Assembly: GCA_038204725.1 (NCBI GenBank)
Contig: JBBRCQ010000005.1
Span: 17,030-81,029 of the forward strand
Reading direction: 5' to 3'
Source of the DNA: Bacteroidales bacterium
GTDB taxonomy: Bacteria > Bacteroidota > Bacteroidia > Bacteroidales > JACABE01
Length of the DNA stretch: 64,000 nt
The translations under genes were made by a program, and so were the position numbers. Below are positions 48,076 to 58,453 of this stretch, piece after piece. The notes under the pieces are model-generated. The model did no database searches. It saw only the letters and a program-made list of their open reading frames with translations, and was not told where the DNA came from. Every line of letters starts with the position of its first letter. Within the stretch, counting starts at the first letter, position 1.

Positions 48076-49713
48076 TTAATTCAGTCTGTCTTTTTTTACT
48101 CTTTTTAAAGTTAACAAATTCATTGGATTAGAGCCTAAACCATGAATATCATTCTGTATAAACCTTAATACCTGATCATAATACAAAACCACAACAGGTG
48201 CTTCATTCATAATAATCTGATCCATTTGATGATAGTAATTGTATCGGATTGAATCATTTACTTCATTTTGAGCTTTATTGTATAGCAAATCAAACGTCTT
48301 ATTTTTGAAATGCGTATAATTTGGTCCTGCCGGAGAGAAATTAGGTGAATAAAATAAGGATAAATAATTCTCAGCATCAGGATAATCAGCAATCCATGAG
48401 CCTCTGAAAAAATACACTTTCGATTTAGCAATCATTTCCCTTAATGTAGCTGGTGGATTAACATCAATTTTTATTTTTAGGCCAATTTCAGCTAATTGAT
48501 TCTGGATATATTTACATACATCAAGGTAAGATGCAGTAGTTGACAATGTAATTTCACCTAAACCATCACCATTAGGGAATCCGGCTTCTGCTAATAATTT
48601 TCTGGATTTGTCAGGTTGGTAATCATATCCTTTTACTTTTGTTGTATCAAAACCTTGTAACCCTTTGGGAATAAATCCATTCAATGCCGGTGAACCTATA
48701 TTATTTCTTAAATACCGCATCATTTTCACTCTGTCGAAACCATAATTAATTGCCTGACGAACTGCTTTATATTTTACAGGATTATTTTTTAATACTTGCT
48801 GAGTAGTATCCATTAGAAAAGCAAGGTATTCAGTATTCAGATAAGGTTGAGAAATCAACTGAAATTTATTTTTAAACTTTGGATTTAACTGACCATTCAC
48901 TGTTAACAATTCATCTTTATAGCTGGCATCAATTCCACTCATAAAATCTATACTCCCTTTTATAAATTCCAGAAAAACAGACTGCTTATCAATAATAAAA
49001 GTAATAGCTATGGCATCTAAATAGGGTAATCGTTTTGGTCCATCAAATTCAAAATAATTTTCATTTTTCAAAAGCACCAATTTCACTCCTTCTTTCCAGA
49101 GTTTTAGTTGAAAAGGACCAGTTCCAACAGGGTTTTTACGAAAGTCTTTACCATAAACTTCAATGGCTTCATGTGGGACTACCGAACAATATTGCATACT
49201 CAACAATCCCAAAAAAGGAGGAAATGATTGATTCAATGTAATTTCCAAAACAGAATCATTCAAAGCTTTAAATGCAAATTCGCCTTTATCTTTTTTAATG
49301 TAATTAAAAATCCATGCTCCGGGAGATGCATTTTTTTCATCAGTGATTCTATTGAAACTGTAAACAAAATCTTTTGCAATAACCCGACGGTTACTATCTG
49401 CAAAAATCTCGCATTTATGAAAATAAACATTTTGATGAAGCGTAAAAGTATAGGTTCTCCCATCCTCCGAAATTAACCATTTAGCTGCAATGCAGGGCTG
49501 TACTTTCAATTGTTCATCCAATTGCACCAAACCGTTAAAAAGTTGATTACATGCCCAGATATTCGATTGATCTTTTGCAAAAGCCGGGTCTAAAGAAGAA
49601 ATTCCTGCCGACTCATTATAACGAAAAACTTGTTTTGTTTCATTATTAGAATCAATAGAATTACAGGAAGATATTAAAAGGAAAAAAAATATACTATAAA
49701 TAAATTTTTGCAT
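48076..49713 (-). CDS. ABC transporter substrate-binding protein, family 5 (peptide/nickel type), lipoprotein
   Basis: LISSC lipobox, SBP_bac_5-like length and motifs (AKWLISEDGRTYTFTL). Confidence 0.8.
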   Translation of the reverse strand: MQKFIYSIFFFLLISSCNSIDSNNETKQVFRYNESAGISSLDPAFAKDQSNIWACNQLFNGLVQLDEQLKVQPCIAAKWLISEDGRTYTFTLHQNVYFHKCEIFADSNRRVIAKDFVYSFNRITDEKNASPGAWIFNYIKKDKGEFAFKALNDSVLEITLNQSFPPFLGLLSMQYCSVVPHEAIEVYGKDFRKNPVGTGPFQLKLWKEGVKLVLLKNENYFEFDGPKRLPYLDAIAITFIIDKQSVFLEFIKGSIDFMSGIDASYKDELLTVNGQLNPKFKNKFQLISQPYLNTEYLAFLMDTTQQVLKNNPVKYKAVRQAINYGFDRVKMMRYLRNNIGSPALNGFIPKGLQGFDTTKVKGYDYQPDKSRKLLAEAGFPNGDGLGEITLSTTASYLDVCKYIQNQLAEIGLKIKIDVNPPATLREMIAKSKVYFFRGSWIADYPDAENYLSLFYSPNFSPAGPNYTHFKNKTFDLLYNKAQNEVNDSIRYNYYHQMDQIIMNEAPVVVLYYDQVLRFIQNDIHGLGSNPMNLLTLKRVKKDRLN

Positions 49714-49739
49714 TAGTTGAAAATTAAATTTAAAATACG

Positions 49740-49747
49740 TATTTTTG
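49740..49747 (+). promoter_or_regulatory. -7-like box TATTTTTG upstream of the DUF3307 gene
   Basis: Matches TAnnTTTG and ends 26 nt before ATG 49774. It lies inside the longer listed ORF, which argues for the downstream start. Confidence 0.3.
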
Positions 49748-49773
49748 CTGTGAATAAATTAAATAAATTAAAT

Positions 49774-50151
49774 ATGATAACACTTGTTTTTCTTATAATA
49801 ATGCATGCTGCAGGAGATTTTCTTTTACAAGGAAGTTCACTTAGTAAATTAAAAGTTACAAAATTTTACTACCTTTTAGCTCATGTTGGAATTTATACTG
49901 CTTTTTTTATTGCTGTAAGCCCAATTTTGCTTGGATTAACATTTATGCAAGGACTTATCTTTAGCTTAATTAACGGTGTTTTACATCTTGCTGTAGATTT
50001 TGTGACCAGCAGATTAAAAAAGAAATATTGGGAATTAAATGAAGCTAAATATGTTGCTGTAGTTAGTTTTGACCATATAACTCATATCATTATCTTAATA
50101 TCTTCTTATTTATTAATGTTTCCGGAAATGTCGAATTTAAAATTATATTAG
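49774..50151 (+). CDS. DUF3307-like membrane protein
   Basis: HAAGDFLLQ motif at the N-terminus and three or four TM helices. The start was chosen at ATG 49774 rather than TTG 49717. Confidence 0.6.
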   Translation: MITLVFLIIMHAAGDFLLQGSSLSKLKVTKFYYLLAHVGIYTAFFIAVSPILLGLTFMQGLIFSLINGVLHLAVDFVTSRLKKKYWELNEAKYVAVVSFDHITHIIILISSYLLMFPEMSNLKLY

Positions 50152-50203
50152 AATAAGCATTGTCAACTCAAAACAAACAGTTTATTTTATTATAAACAGT
50201 AAA

Positions 50204-51397
50204 TCAAATGGCTTGCATCCTTTTTGCATTTCTGGTTTCCATAAAATTAAGTAATGCAGCCGGATTTTGAAAACGGCTGGTAAGCATCATCGCTGCTATA
50301 ACATAGGGTTTAAAACCTGCTTCTTTATAGGTTTCAACCCGGTATTTATCAAAAATATCTTTAGCTACTTCACCTTTAACACACGAAACACCCGAAATAT
50401 CAGCTGGTAAACAGTGCATATACAATGCTTTACCATTTTTTGTAAGTTTCATTTTTTCTGCATCACATTCCCAGTTTTTAAATTTCGCATTGTTTGCCAA
50501 GCATGATTTTTCCAATTCTTTCAAACCAATTGTATCATTGGCATATAATAATTGAGTACGAGACTGCATTACGGAATATGGAGCCCAACTTTTAGGATAT
50601 ACAATGTCAGCATTTCTAAAAGCATCTTCCATAGAATTTACCACATTAAAACTTCCACCGCTTAATTTGGCATTTTTAACGGCGATATCCAATACTTCAG
50701 GTATAAGTCCATATCCTTCGGGGTAAGCCAGTTCTACTTCCATTCCGAAGCGACTCATTAAACCGATAATACCCTGAGGTACAGATAATGGTTTTCCATA
50801 ACTTGGAGAATAAGCCCATGTCATAGCAATTTTTTTACCTTTAAGGTTTTCTAGTGAACCAAAATAATTTTTCAGATGCATTAAATCAGCCATACTTTGT
50901 GTAGGATGATCTATATCACATTGTAAATTAATAACAGCAGTACGTTGAGGAAGTACCCCTTCGTTAAATCCTACTTCTAGTGAATCTGCAACTTCTTTCA
51001 TATAAGTATGGCCTGCTCCCAAAAACATATCATCACGAATACCAATAATTTCAGATAAAAAAGAAATCATATTGGAAGTTTCTCTTACAGTTTCGCCATG
51101 TGCAATCTGAGACTTACCTTCTTCCAGGTCCTGAACGACTAATCCCAGCATATTGGCTGCCGAAGCAAAAGAAAACCGGGTCCGGGTTGAATTATCCCTG
51201 AATTGAGAAACGGCTAACCCCGATTCGAAACATCTGGTAGAAATATTATCATTGTTAAGATTTTTCAATGCTTCTGCCACATGAAGCAACATTTCCAATT
51301 CTGCTGAAGATTTATCCCATGTAAACAGGAAATCTTTACCATATAAACTGGCATTGCTTTGTTTGATAACTTCTATATTTCTTTTAAAACTATCCAT
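50204..51397 (-). CDS. ygeW: knotted carbamoyltransferase YgeW
   Basis: 397 aa. FRDNSTRTRFSF, QIAHGETVRET, DIDHPTQSMADL, KIAMTWAYSPSYGKPLSVPQGIIGL and HCLPADISGVSC closely match E. coli YgeW as I remember it. Confidence 0.85.
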   Translation of the reverse strand: MDSFKRNIEVIKQSNASLYGKDFLFTWDKSSAELEMLLHVAEALKNLNNDNISTRCFESGLAVSQFRDNSTRTRFSFASAANMLGLVVQDLEEGKSQIAHGETVRETSNMISFLSEIIGIRDDMFLGAGHTYMKEVADSLEVGFNEGVLPQRTAVINLQCDIDHPTQSMADLMHLKNYFGSLENLKGKKIAMTWAYSPSYGKPLSVPQGIIGLMSRFGMEVELAYPEGYGLIPEVLDIAVKNAKLSGGSFNVVNSMEDAFRNADIVYPKSWAPYSVMQSRTQLLYANDTIGLKELEKSCLANNAKFKNWECDAEKMKLTKNGKALYMHCLPADISGVSCVKGEVAKDIFDKYRVETYKEAGFKPYVIAAMMLTSRFQNPAALLNFMETRNAKRMQAI

Positions 51398-51499
51398 ATT
51401 CTATCAGTTTAGTATATAAAAATTTTGCTTAACCTATCAGTATCGTGAATAACGAACTTCAAAGTTAAGCAAAACAATATGAATCTTGAAATTATTTTT

Positions 51500-52636
51500 T
51501 TATTGATTGAGCATTACAGGCATTACCAGCATTAAAATTTCTTCACTTTTATTTTCATTGTCAACGGGAACTAAAATACCGGCTCTGTTGGGTTGTGACA
51601 TTTCAATGGTAATCATTTCGCTGTCGATATTGCTTAACATTTCCTGAAGAAACTTAGAGTTGAAACCAATTTCCATTGCTTCACCATCATAACTACATGC
51701 TAATCTTTCTCTTGCTTCGTTGGAATAATCAATATCTTCGGCAGAAATATACAATTCCTGACCACTTATTTTTAAACGAACCTGATGTGTTGATTGGTTG
51801 GCAAAAATAGCCACACGACGAATAGCGTTTAAAAATGAAATTCTGTCGATAATTAATTTATTGGGGTTTTCTTTGGGTATTACAGCTTCGTAATTAGGAT
51901 ATTTTCCATCAATTAAACGACATACCAATTCAATGTTTTCGAATGAAAAGAAAGCATTTCGTTGATTATATTCAATTTTAACAGGTATATCTTTATTGGA
52001 AAGTGTATTTTTTAACTGATTCAATGGCTTTTTAGGAAGGATAAATGATGCTGAATTTTCAGCTTTAACATCCGTTCTTCTGTATCGTGCCAATTTGTGT
52101 GCATCAGTAGCAACAAATGTAATATCGTCGGGTGTTAACTCACAGAAAACACCTAACATTACTGGTCTTAATTCATCATTTCCTGATGCAAACAGCGTTT
52201 TTGCGATGGCAGTAGCAATTACATCAGAATTAATTTCAACAACTGTAGCATCTTCCAAAATTGGAATTTGAGGAAATTCTTCCCCATTTTGACCGCTTAA
52301 TTTATATTTACCTTCTCCAGCTGAAATTTCGATTCCATACGTTTTTGTATCAATACTAAAAACCAAAGGAATATCAGGAAATGTTTTTAAAGATTCCAGT
52401 AATTTTTTTGCAGGGATTGCAATTGTACCTTCTTCAGCATCTCCGAGTGTTTCATTATCCAATGGAATATTTACAGTCATTGTAGTTTCTAAATCAGAGG
52501 CAGTTACTACTAGTTTCCCTTCCTTTAACTCAAATAAAAAATTTTCAAGTATTGGTAAAGTAGTGTTCGAACTTAACACACCACTTATGGTTTGTAAATT
52601 CTTCAATAACAATGGGCTTTGAACAATAAATCTCAT
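51500..52636 (-). CDS. dnaN: DNA polymerase III subunit beta (sliding clamp)
   Basis: MRFIVQSPLLLKNLQ N-terminus, three-domain length, and LVMPVMLNQ C-terminus. Confidence 0.95.
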   Translation of the reverse strand: MRFIVQSPLLLKNLQTISGVLSSNTTLPILENFLFELKEGKLVVTASDLETTMTVNIPLDNETLGDAEEGTIAIPAKKLLESLKTFPDIPLVFSIDTKTYGIEISAGEGKYKLSGQNGEEFPQIPILEDATVVEINSDVIATAIAKTLFASGNDELRPVMLGVFCELTPDDITFVATDAHKLARYRRTDVKAENSASFILPKKPLNQLKNTLSNKDIPVKIEYNQRNAFFSFENIELVCRLIDGKYPNYEAVIPKENPNKLIIDRISFLNAIRRVAIFANQSTHQVRLKISGQELYISAEDIDYSNEARERLACSYDGEAMEIGFNSKFLQEMLSNIDSEMITIEMSQPNRAGILVPVDNENKSEEILMLVMPVMLNQ

Positions 52637-52706
52637 GTCTTTACAGTTTTCTATTAATATTTATGCAAATGTAAATTAAAAATAATTTATATTGAAATTT
52701 TATTTA

Positions 52707-53771
52707 TTATTCTTGTGATTTTTTATCAACATTCAGTTTAAAATAAGAAACAGGCTGTAAGATTGTATTAAATACATAATATTGTATATACACAAAATCT
52801 TTATCGTCATTTACTAAACCATAAAAACGATCTCTGTCGATAATGATTGGTTCATGTGTAATATCATCAACAGCTCCATATTCGGCTAATTTTAAAAATG
52901 CCTTTAACGTTATCTGTTTTCCGGTTATATCGGTAACTGTTAGAATCGCCATAGGTTTATGAGAAGTTATTGAATCTTTATCACTTTTTTTCAAATCATT
53001 CAAAAAAGACTCAAAACCCAGATTGGAAAAAGAACTCATATATTCTACTACTTTCATGGTGTCAAAGTTATTCATTAATTTATCAGATGCCAATAGTTTA
53101 ATCTCAAAATCTTTATTATTACGAGAAATTTCAAAGGAAGATTCAGGAGCGGCAGGATACTCAATCTTTACAGATTTAATATCACCGATTTTAAGTTCAA
53201 AAATAACACGTTTACGCCAATCACCATCAAATGCGGTATAACGAGGTGAAAGAAAACCCCGAAAACCTGGTACATATACGATAAATGGTTCTTCAGAACC
53301 TTGTTCTAACATAAAAGTACCTTGATTATCCTGTGTTTCATCACCAACATAGTAAACTTTTGTACATTTTTCGTGAGGAAACAATTTTATTTTATTGAAT
53401 AAATCAATTCGGTAAACCATTTGATAGATTTCTACTTTTACACTTTTAGCAGCCAGCCATTTTATGATAGTATTTCTTCCGGCTATTGAAACCGGCTCTT
53501 TTACTTTCAAATTAGAAATTGTTTCCAATAAAATAGCTATTCCATCTTTACGGGCTGGATATTTATCGTTCACTTTCCAATTTTCATCTCCAATTCGCAC
53601 AAGTGTTACGGTATTATTGCTTTTATCACTCATAAATATTTTAGTGATTGATGAAACATCTTTTACAGCAAAATCAGCTTTTATCGTAGATTTGGAACTT
53701 TTCAATATAAATACCAATGCTACTATTGCAAGTACGATTGTTACAATTAATATATATTTATTTTTATGCAT
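52707..53771 (-). CDS. DUF4340-domain protein (GldG-associated)
   Basis: Single N-terminal TM helix and the conserved position directly downstream of gldF-gldG. Confidence 0.65.
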   Translation of the reverse strand: MHKNKYILIVTIVLAIVALVFILKSSKSTIKADFAVKDVSSITKIFMSDKSNNTVTLVRIGDENWKVNDKYPARKDGIAILLETISNLKVKEPVSIAGRNTIIKWLAAKSVKVEIYQMVYRIDLFNKIKLFPHEKCTKVYYVGDETQDNQGTFMLEQGSEEPFIVYVPGFRGFLSPRYTAFDGDWRKRVIFELKIGDIKSVKIEYPAAPESSFEISRNNKDFEIKLLASDKLMNNFDTMKVVEYMSSFSNLGFESFLNDLKKSDKDSITSHKPMAILTVTDITGKQITLKAFLKLAEYGAVDDITHEPIIIDRDRFYGLVNDDKDFVYIQYYVFNTILQPVSYFKLNVDKKSQE

Positions 53772-53779
53772 TTTTTGCT

Positions 53780-53820
53780 GTTAGTTAATGGTTATTAAGT
53801 TATTGAGTTATTTGAATAAC
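53780..53820. repeat. degenerate GTTATTnA-type octamer repeats near the DUF4340 gene start
   Basis: GTTAGTTAATG GTTATTAA GTTATTGA GTTATTTGAATAAC. The last part is a palindrome, GTTATT-TG-AATAAC. Confidence 0.7.
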
Positions 53821-53945
53821 AAATAATCAGTTTTTTGAAAAGTTTATTTTGAATAATTATGAACTTAATGAACTTATTAAATCCCGAATAATGTCTCTCG
53901 ATAAGAGGCAAAGCTTAGTTTAATGAACTTTTCGAAATTTATAAA

Positions 53946-55694
53946 TTATCTAGTATATCGACGTTTACGAATAAATGTCATTAAAAATCCAAAAATGATA
54001 ACGATTAAAACAGGGAAAACAATATTAATAACCTGCCATTTTATTTTTGATTTTTCAATTATAGTTTTATCCAGCATTCTTAATTTCAGTTCACGTGATC
54101 GAACCGTTATCAAACCGGAATCATCACATAAGTAATTCATGCAATTAAGTATAAATTCTTTATTGCCAAACATTTGCCCGGTATATTGGTCGTAGCCCAA
54201 AGGCAATGGATATCCTTTTGAATAATGAAACTGACTCTTTATTATATCCCCATCCGAGATCACTATCATACTGGTAGGTTTACTTTTTTCGAGGAATCCA
54301 ATTTTATCACTTTGAGCAATTTCAGAAGGAACGCGATTTATAAAATTTGATTCAAATTCACCTTCCAGAAGTACAGCAACAGTTTGAAAAGGTGTATTGA
54401 ATAGTCGTTCTTCCGGTTCCTTTTTCAATATGCCTAAATCAATAATTACAGGAGTATTAATGAGCCTGGAATATTTGGATGAAGTAAGTAAAATCGTTTT
54501 TTTAATTCCGTTGTCTATTGTATCGATACTGCTAACAAATTCTGTTTTGATTGCATTCAGGTTTTTAACTATGGGATGATTAGCGGTAGGTGTAATAATT
54601 GGAAAATAATACCAGGGTAAAAAACTGGTTTGTGGTTGATTCCCAACTTTACCGGTAACAATTGGAATAGGAAGTGCAGATATATCCATAATCAAATTGG
54701 TGTTCAAACGGACTCCATAACGAAACAATTGATCGGTTAAATTAATTTCGTTAGCTATACCAACAGTTTGAGCTGTATTGTTCAAACTATCCATACTTGC
54801 AAATACCGGATCAATCAGCCAAAGCACTTTACCACCATACATAATGTATTGGTCGATAATAAATTTATCCTTTTCACTAAAAGCAGAATCGGGTTTTGCA
54901 ATGATAATAGCTTTGTAGATATTTGTAATTTTAGTTGCTGATGAATCGGAAAGCACTCTTGTAGTAAGCTTATTAATCTGTTCATCAATTCTAACGCGTT
55001 CTACCTGATAATATTCCGATAGTGCATTACTGATATCATACATTTCATAATTATTCAATTCTCCTTGTCCTTCTATGATCGCAATTTTTGGTTTTGATTT
55101 GATACTAAGTTTTCTTATAACATTTGAAATATTATATTCTAAAGCTTGAATCGAATTATTTAACACATTTTCAGGAGCTAACCCCATTTGATCTACAAGC
55201 AATTGCAAAGGCATTGTTTGTGTTTTGTAGGTCACTTCAGCTCCTGGAAAAATTACTTGTTGACTAGCCCCTCCTTTTTGTTTAACCTGTAAATTTGTAG
55301 GTTGAATTCCTTTTTCAACCAACAATTTATACATATCATTTCTTTGTTGCTTGTCAACTATTGCATTTGGATCAATAAATTCATACTGAATATTGCTATT
55401 GTATGCCCTGAATTCATCTAACATTTCCTTGGTTGAATTACTCAATCTCTTGAAGCCAACAGGAAAATCACCTTCAAGATATATTTTAAAATAAACAATA
55501 TCATCTAATTGTTTCAACAGTGTTTTGGTGGCAGGTGAAAGTGAATATCTTTTTTCAGCCGTTAAATCAAAGCGAGTATATACAAAACTTCCGATAATAT
55601 TAAGTAGAACAATAATTATCAAACAATAAACTATCTGAGTAATATTGCTGCGTTTTAAATTTCTTTTCTTTTTTTCCATAATATGATTGCGCAT
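53946..55694 (-). CDS. gldG: gliding-motility-associated ABC transporter accessory protein GldG
   Basis: N- and C-terminal TM anchors with a large periplasmic region. Directly downstream of the gldF-like permease. The start may be ATG 55679 (MEKKKRN). Confidence 0.8.
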   Translation of the reverse strand: MRNHIMEKKKRNLKRSNITQIVYCLIIIVLLNIIGSFVYTRFDLTAEKRYSLSPATKTLLKQLDDIVYFKIYLEGDFPVGFKRLSNSTKEMLDEFRAYNSNIQYEFIDPNAIVDKQQRNDMYKLLVEKGIQPTNLQVKQKGGASQQVIFPGAEVTYKTQTMPLQLLVDQMGLAPENVLNNSIQALEYNISNVIRKLSIKSKPKIAIIEGQGELNNYEMYDISNALSEYYQVERVRIDEQINKLTTRVLSDSSATKITNIYKAIIIAKPDSAFSEKDKFIIDQYIMYGGKVLWLIDPVFASMDSLNNTAQTVGIANEINLTDQLFRYGVRLNTNLIMDISALPIPIVTGKVGNQPQTSFLPWYYFPIITPTANHPIVKNLNAIKTEFVSSIDTIDNGIKKTILLTSSKYSRLINTPVIIDLGILKKEPEERLFNTPFQTVAVLLEGEFESNFINRVPSEIAQSDKIGFLEKSKPTSMIVISDGDIIKSQFHYSKGYPLPLGYDQYTGQMFGNKEFILNCMNYLCDDSGLITVRSRELKLRMLDKTIIEKSKIKWQVINIVFPVLIVIIFGFLMTFIRKRRYTR

Positions 55695-55700
55695 TCTGTT

Positions 55701-56432
55701 TTACCATTTACGACTTTGAAGCGAGAGTTTTGTTAATAATATAAAGAGAGTAATTATACTAAGATAATATATTATATCTCTTGTATCAATTACGCCTCTA
55801 CTTATTGACGAGTAATGATGACTAATCCCCATCATTTTAATAAGCAAATCGAACTTCCCAAATAATTCGAGAGAATAAATAAGCTCAAAGCCAATATAAA
55901 TAGTTCCACATAAAAAAACAGAAACAATAAATGAAACAATTTGATTATCAGTTATTGACGAACTAAACAACCCAATCGATGCAAAAGCTGCTCCTAATAA
56001 TAACAAACCGATGTATGACCCCCAGGTTCCACCCATATCAATGTTGCCAATAGGTAATCCCAAATGATATACGGAATAAAAATAGATAAAAGTAGGTAAT
56101 AATGAAAGTACAACCAACACTACGCTCGCAAAAAATTTAGCAAGAATAATTTGTAAATCGGTCAATGGTTTGGTAAGTAATATTTCAATGGTTCCGCTTT
56201 TTTTTTCATCAGCAAACAATCGCATGGTGATAGCAGGGATTAAGAATAAAAAAACAAATGGAGCTATCATGAACAAACCATCTAATCCGGCATATCCATA
56301 ATCAAGTATATTTGAATCAGAAGGGATTACCCATAAAAACAATCCATTGATTAACAAAAAAACAATAATTACAATAAACCCAATCAATGAATTTAAAAAA
56401 CTGCTGACTTCCTTTTTAAATAATGTATACAT
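55701..56432 (-). CDS. gldF: gliding-motility-associated ABC transporter permease GldF
   Basis: 243-aa ABC-2-type six-TM permease, 6 nt upstream of gldG. Confidence 0.8.
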   Translation of the reverse strand: MYTLFKKEVSSFLNSLIGFIVIIVFLLINGLFLWVIPSDSNILDYGYAGLDGLFMIAPFVFLFLIPAITMRLFADEKKSGTIEILLTKPLTDLQIILAKFFASVVLVVLSLLPTFIYFYSVYHLGLPIGNIDMGGTWGSYIGLLLLGAAFASIGLFSSSITDNQIVSFIVSVFLCGTIYIGFELIYSLELFGKFDLLIKMMGISHHYSSISRGVIDTRDIIYYLSIITLFILLTKLSLQSRKW

Positions 56433-56537
56433 GATAAGGCTGATTTTAATTTAGGCGGCGAAATTAAGATTTTTCCACGAATAATGTAGTATCTTAACAA
56501 TAATTAAGATACCGTTTTTGAATCCAATAAAATACAA

Positions 56538-57335
56538 TTAAGAAAAAGTAACAGTTATTATATCATCATAACTGAGTCCCAGCAAACTCTTAGCCTTGTT
56601 GGTGTTCAATGCAATTTGCAACATTCCATTTGATGCAAATAAAGCGAGAAGTTCTCCCTCAGGGACATCATGATAAGATTTACTTAATTTATTTATATTA
56701 TTTTTTCTAACTTCTATATTAAATAATCTTCCTTTTTGAATGCTTCTAAATTCGACTTCCGAGATATTGGTAATCAGATTTTCATAAATATCCACATACA
56801 CAATATTACCAATAATAGAATTTTCATCCTTGATAGATAGTAATGGTGTTTTAACATGAAGTTGGGTTCTTATAGTTCCTAAATCTTCCAATTTCCCACC
56901 ATTAGCAATATAACAGGCAGCTTTAACAAAAATATCTTTGGTTGAAAATGTAAAATAATCAGTATCCTGATTGATTTCCAATTCAATAATTTTTTCGGGT
57001 GTTGTATTAAAAATCAAAGAAAACATTCCATTATCTGCTCCTATAAAATAATGACCATCAGCCAAAATTCCTACATGAGGTGTTTCTATAGCTGCAACGG
57101 TATTAATGCCAATGATATGAATACTCCCTTTTGGGAAAAAAGAATAAGCATTTTTTACAATATAAGCAGCCTGAGCAATGTCATATTGTGGAATTAAATG
57201 TGAAATATCAACAATATTTACATCCGGTAGTTGAGTATAGATAGAAGCTTTAACCACAGCAAGATAATGATCTTTCAAACCCCAATCGCTTGTAAGTGTA
57301 ATTATAGGCATTTTATTTTTTTTAATTTTCTCCAA
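56538..57335 (-). CDS. SAM hydrolase / SAM-dependent halogenase family protein (DUF62)
   Basis: PIITLTSDWGLKDHY N-terminal motif and VVDISH-like VNIVDISH. The start may be ATG 57311. Confidence 0.8.
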   Translation of the reverse strand: MEKIKKNKMPIITLTSDWGLKDHYLAVVKASIYTQLPDVNIVDISHLIPQYDIAQAAYIVKNAYSFFPKGSIHIIGINTVAAIETPHVGILADGHYFIGADNGMFSLIFNTTPEKIIELEINQDTDYFTFSTKDIFVKAACYIANGGKLEDLGTIRTQLHVKTPLLSIKDENSIIGNIVYVDIYENLITNISEVEFRSIQKGRLFNIEVRKNNINKLSKSYHDVPEGELLALFASNGMLQIALNTNKAKSLLGLSYDDIITVTFS

Positions 57336-57412
57336 AATTAATAATTTATCATCAATTGACGTGTTTTTTTAATAATTTTGAATTATAAATTTCATTTATA
57401 TATTTAAACAGA

Positions 57413-58357
57413 ATGAGCGAAAAAAAAATAACATTAGAATCTATAAATCCTGTTGATATTCTTGGGATTAACAATAAAAATATTGAATTTTTAAAGCATT
57501 TTTTCTCAAAAATAAAAATTATTTCCAGAGGTGCCGAAATAATAATTATCGGTGAAGAGGAGGAAATTACAATATTCGAAGAAAAATTCAAACTAATTCT
57601 TATTCATTTCGAAAAATTTGGAAGAATCAACGAAAACGACATTTTGGAAATAATGGAAAACAGTGATTATTTCAAAGACAAAGACAAAAATAATGATATC
57701 TTGGTTCATGGCCGAAATGGATTGATTATAAAAGCACAAACTACCAATCAAATAAAAATGGTAGAAGCTTGCAATGAAAATGATTTAGTTTTTGCGATAG
57801 GACCAGCCGGAACAGGAAAAACTTACACTGCTGTAGCATTGGCAGTCAGGGCTTTGAAAAACAAAGAAATCAGAAAAATAATATTAACAAGACCAGCTGT
57901 TGAAGCAGGTGAAAATCTTGGTTTTTTGCCGGGTGATCTGAGAGATAAACTGGATCCCTATCTACAACCATTGTACGACGCACTGCGCGATATGATTCCC
58001 ACTCAAAAATTATTGACTTACTGGGAAGATGGTGTTATTGAAATTGCGCCATTAGCATTCATGAGAGGAAGAACGCTTGATCATGCATTTGTAATTTTGG
58101 ATGAAGCTCAAAATGCTACTGAAGGTCAACTCAAAATGTTTTTAACAAGAATGGGTAAATCTGCAAAATTTGTTGTAACAGGCGATATTACTCAAATCGA
58201 CTTACCCCGTAATCAGGCTTCAGGGTTAATACAAGCTTCTAAAATATTACAGAATGTTAAAGGATTAGCTTTTATTTTTCTGGATGATAGAGATATTATT
58301 CGTCATAATTTAGTTTCAAAAATCATCAATGCTTATGAATCAATTGAAAATAAGTAA
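57413..58357 (+). CDS. phoH: PhoH-family ATPase
   Basis: GPAGTGKTYTAVA Walker A, ILTRPAVEAGE, and FVILDEAQN Walker B. Confidence 0.9.
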   Translation: MSEKKITLESINPVDILGINNKNIEFLKHFFSKIKIISRGAEIIIIGEEEEITIFEEKFKLILIHFEKFGRINENDILEIMENSDYFKDKDKNNDILVHGRNGLIIKAQTTNQIKMVEACNENDLVFAIGPAGTGKTYTAVALAVRALKNKEIRKIILTRPAVEAGENLGFLPGDLRDKLDPYLQPLYDALRDMIPTQKLLTYWEDGVIEIAPLAFMRGRTLDHAFVILDEAQNATEGQLKMFLTRMGKSAKFVVTGDITQIDLPRNQASGLIQASKILQNVKGLAFIFLDDRDIIRHNLVSKIINAYESIENK

Positions 58358-58387
58358 TATTTTTTGCTGATGAGAATTTTTATATGT

Positions 58388-58395
58388 TATATTTG
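58388..58395 (+). promoter_or_regulatory. -7-like box TATATTTG upstream of the OMP/SPOR gene
   Basis: Matches TAnnTTTG and ends 58 nt before ATG 58454. Confidence 0.3.
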
Positions 58396-58453
58396 CAAAT
58401 TGATTTTATTTTTAATTAATATTTACAGATAATTAACTATTAAAATAATTTAC

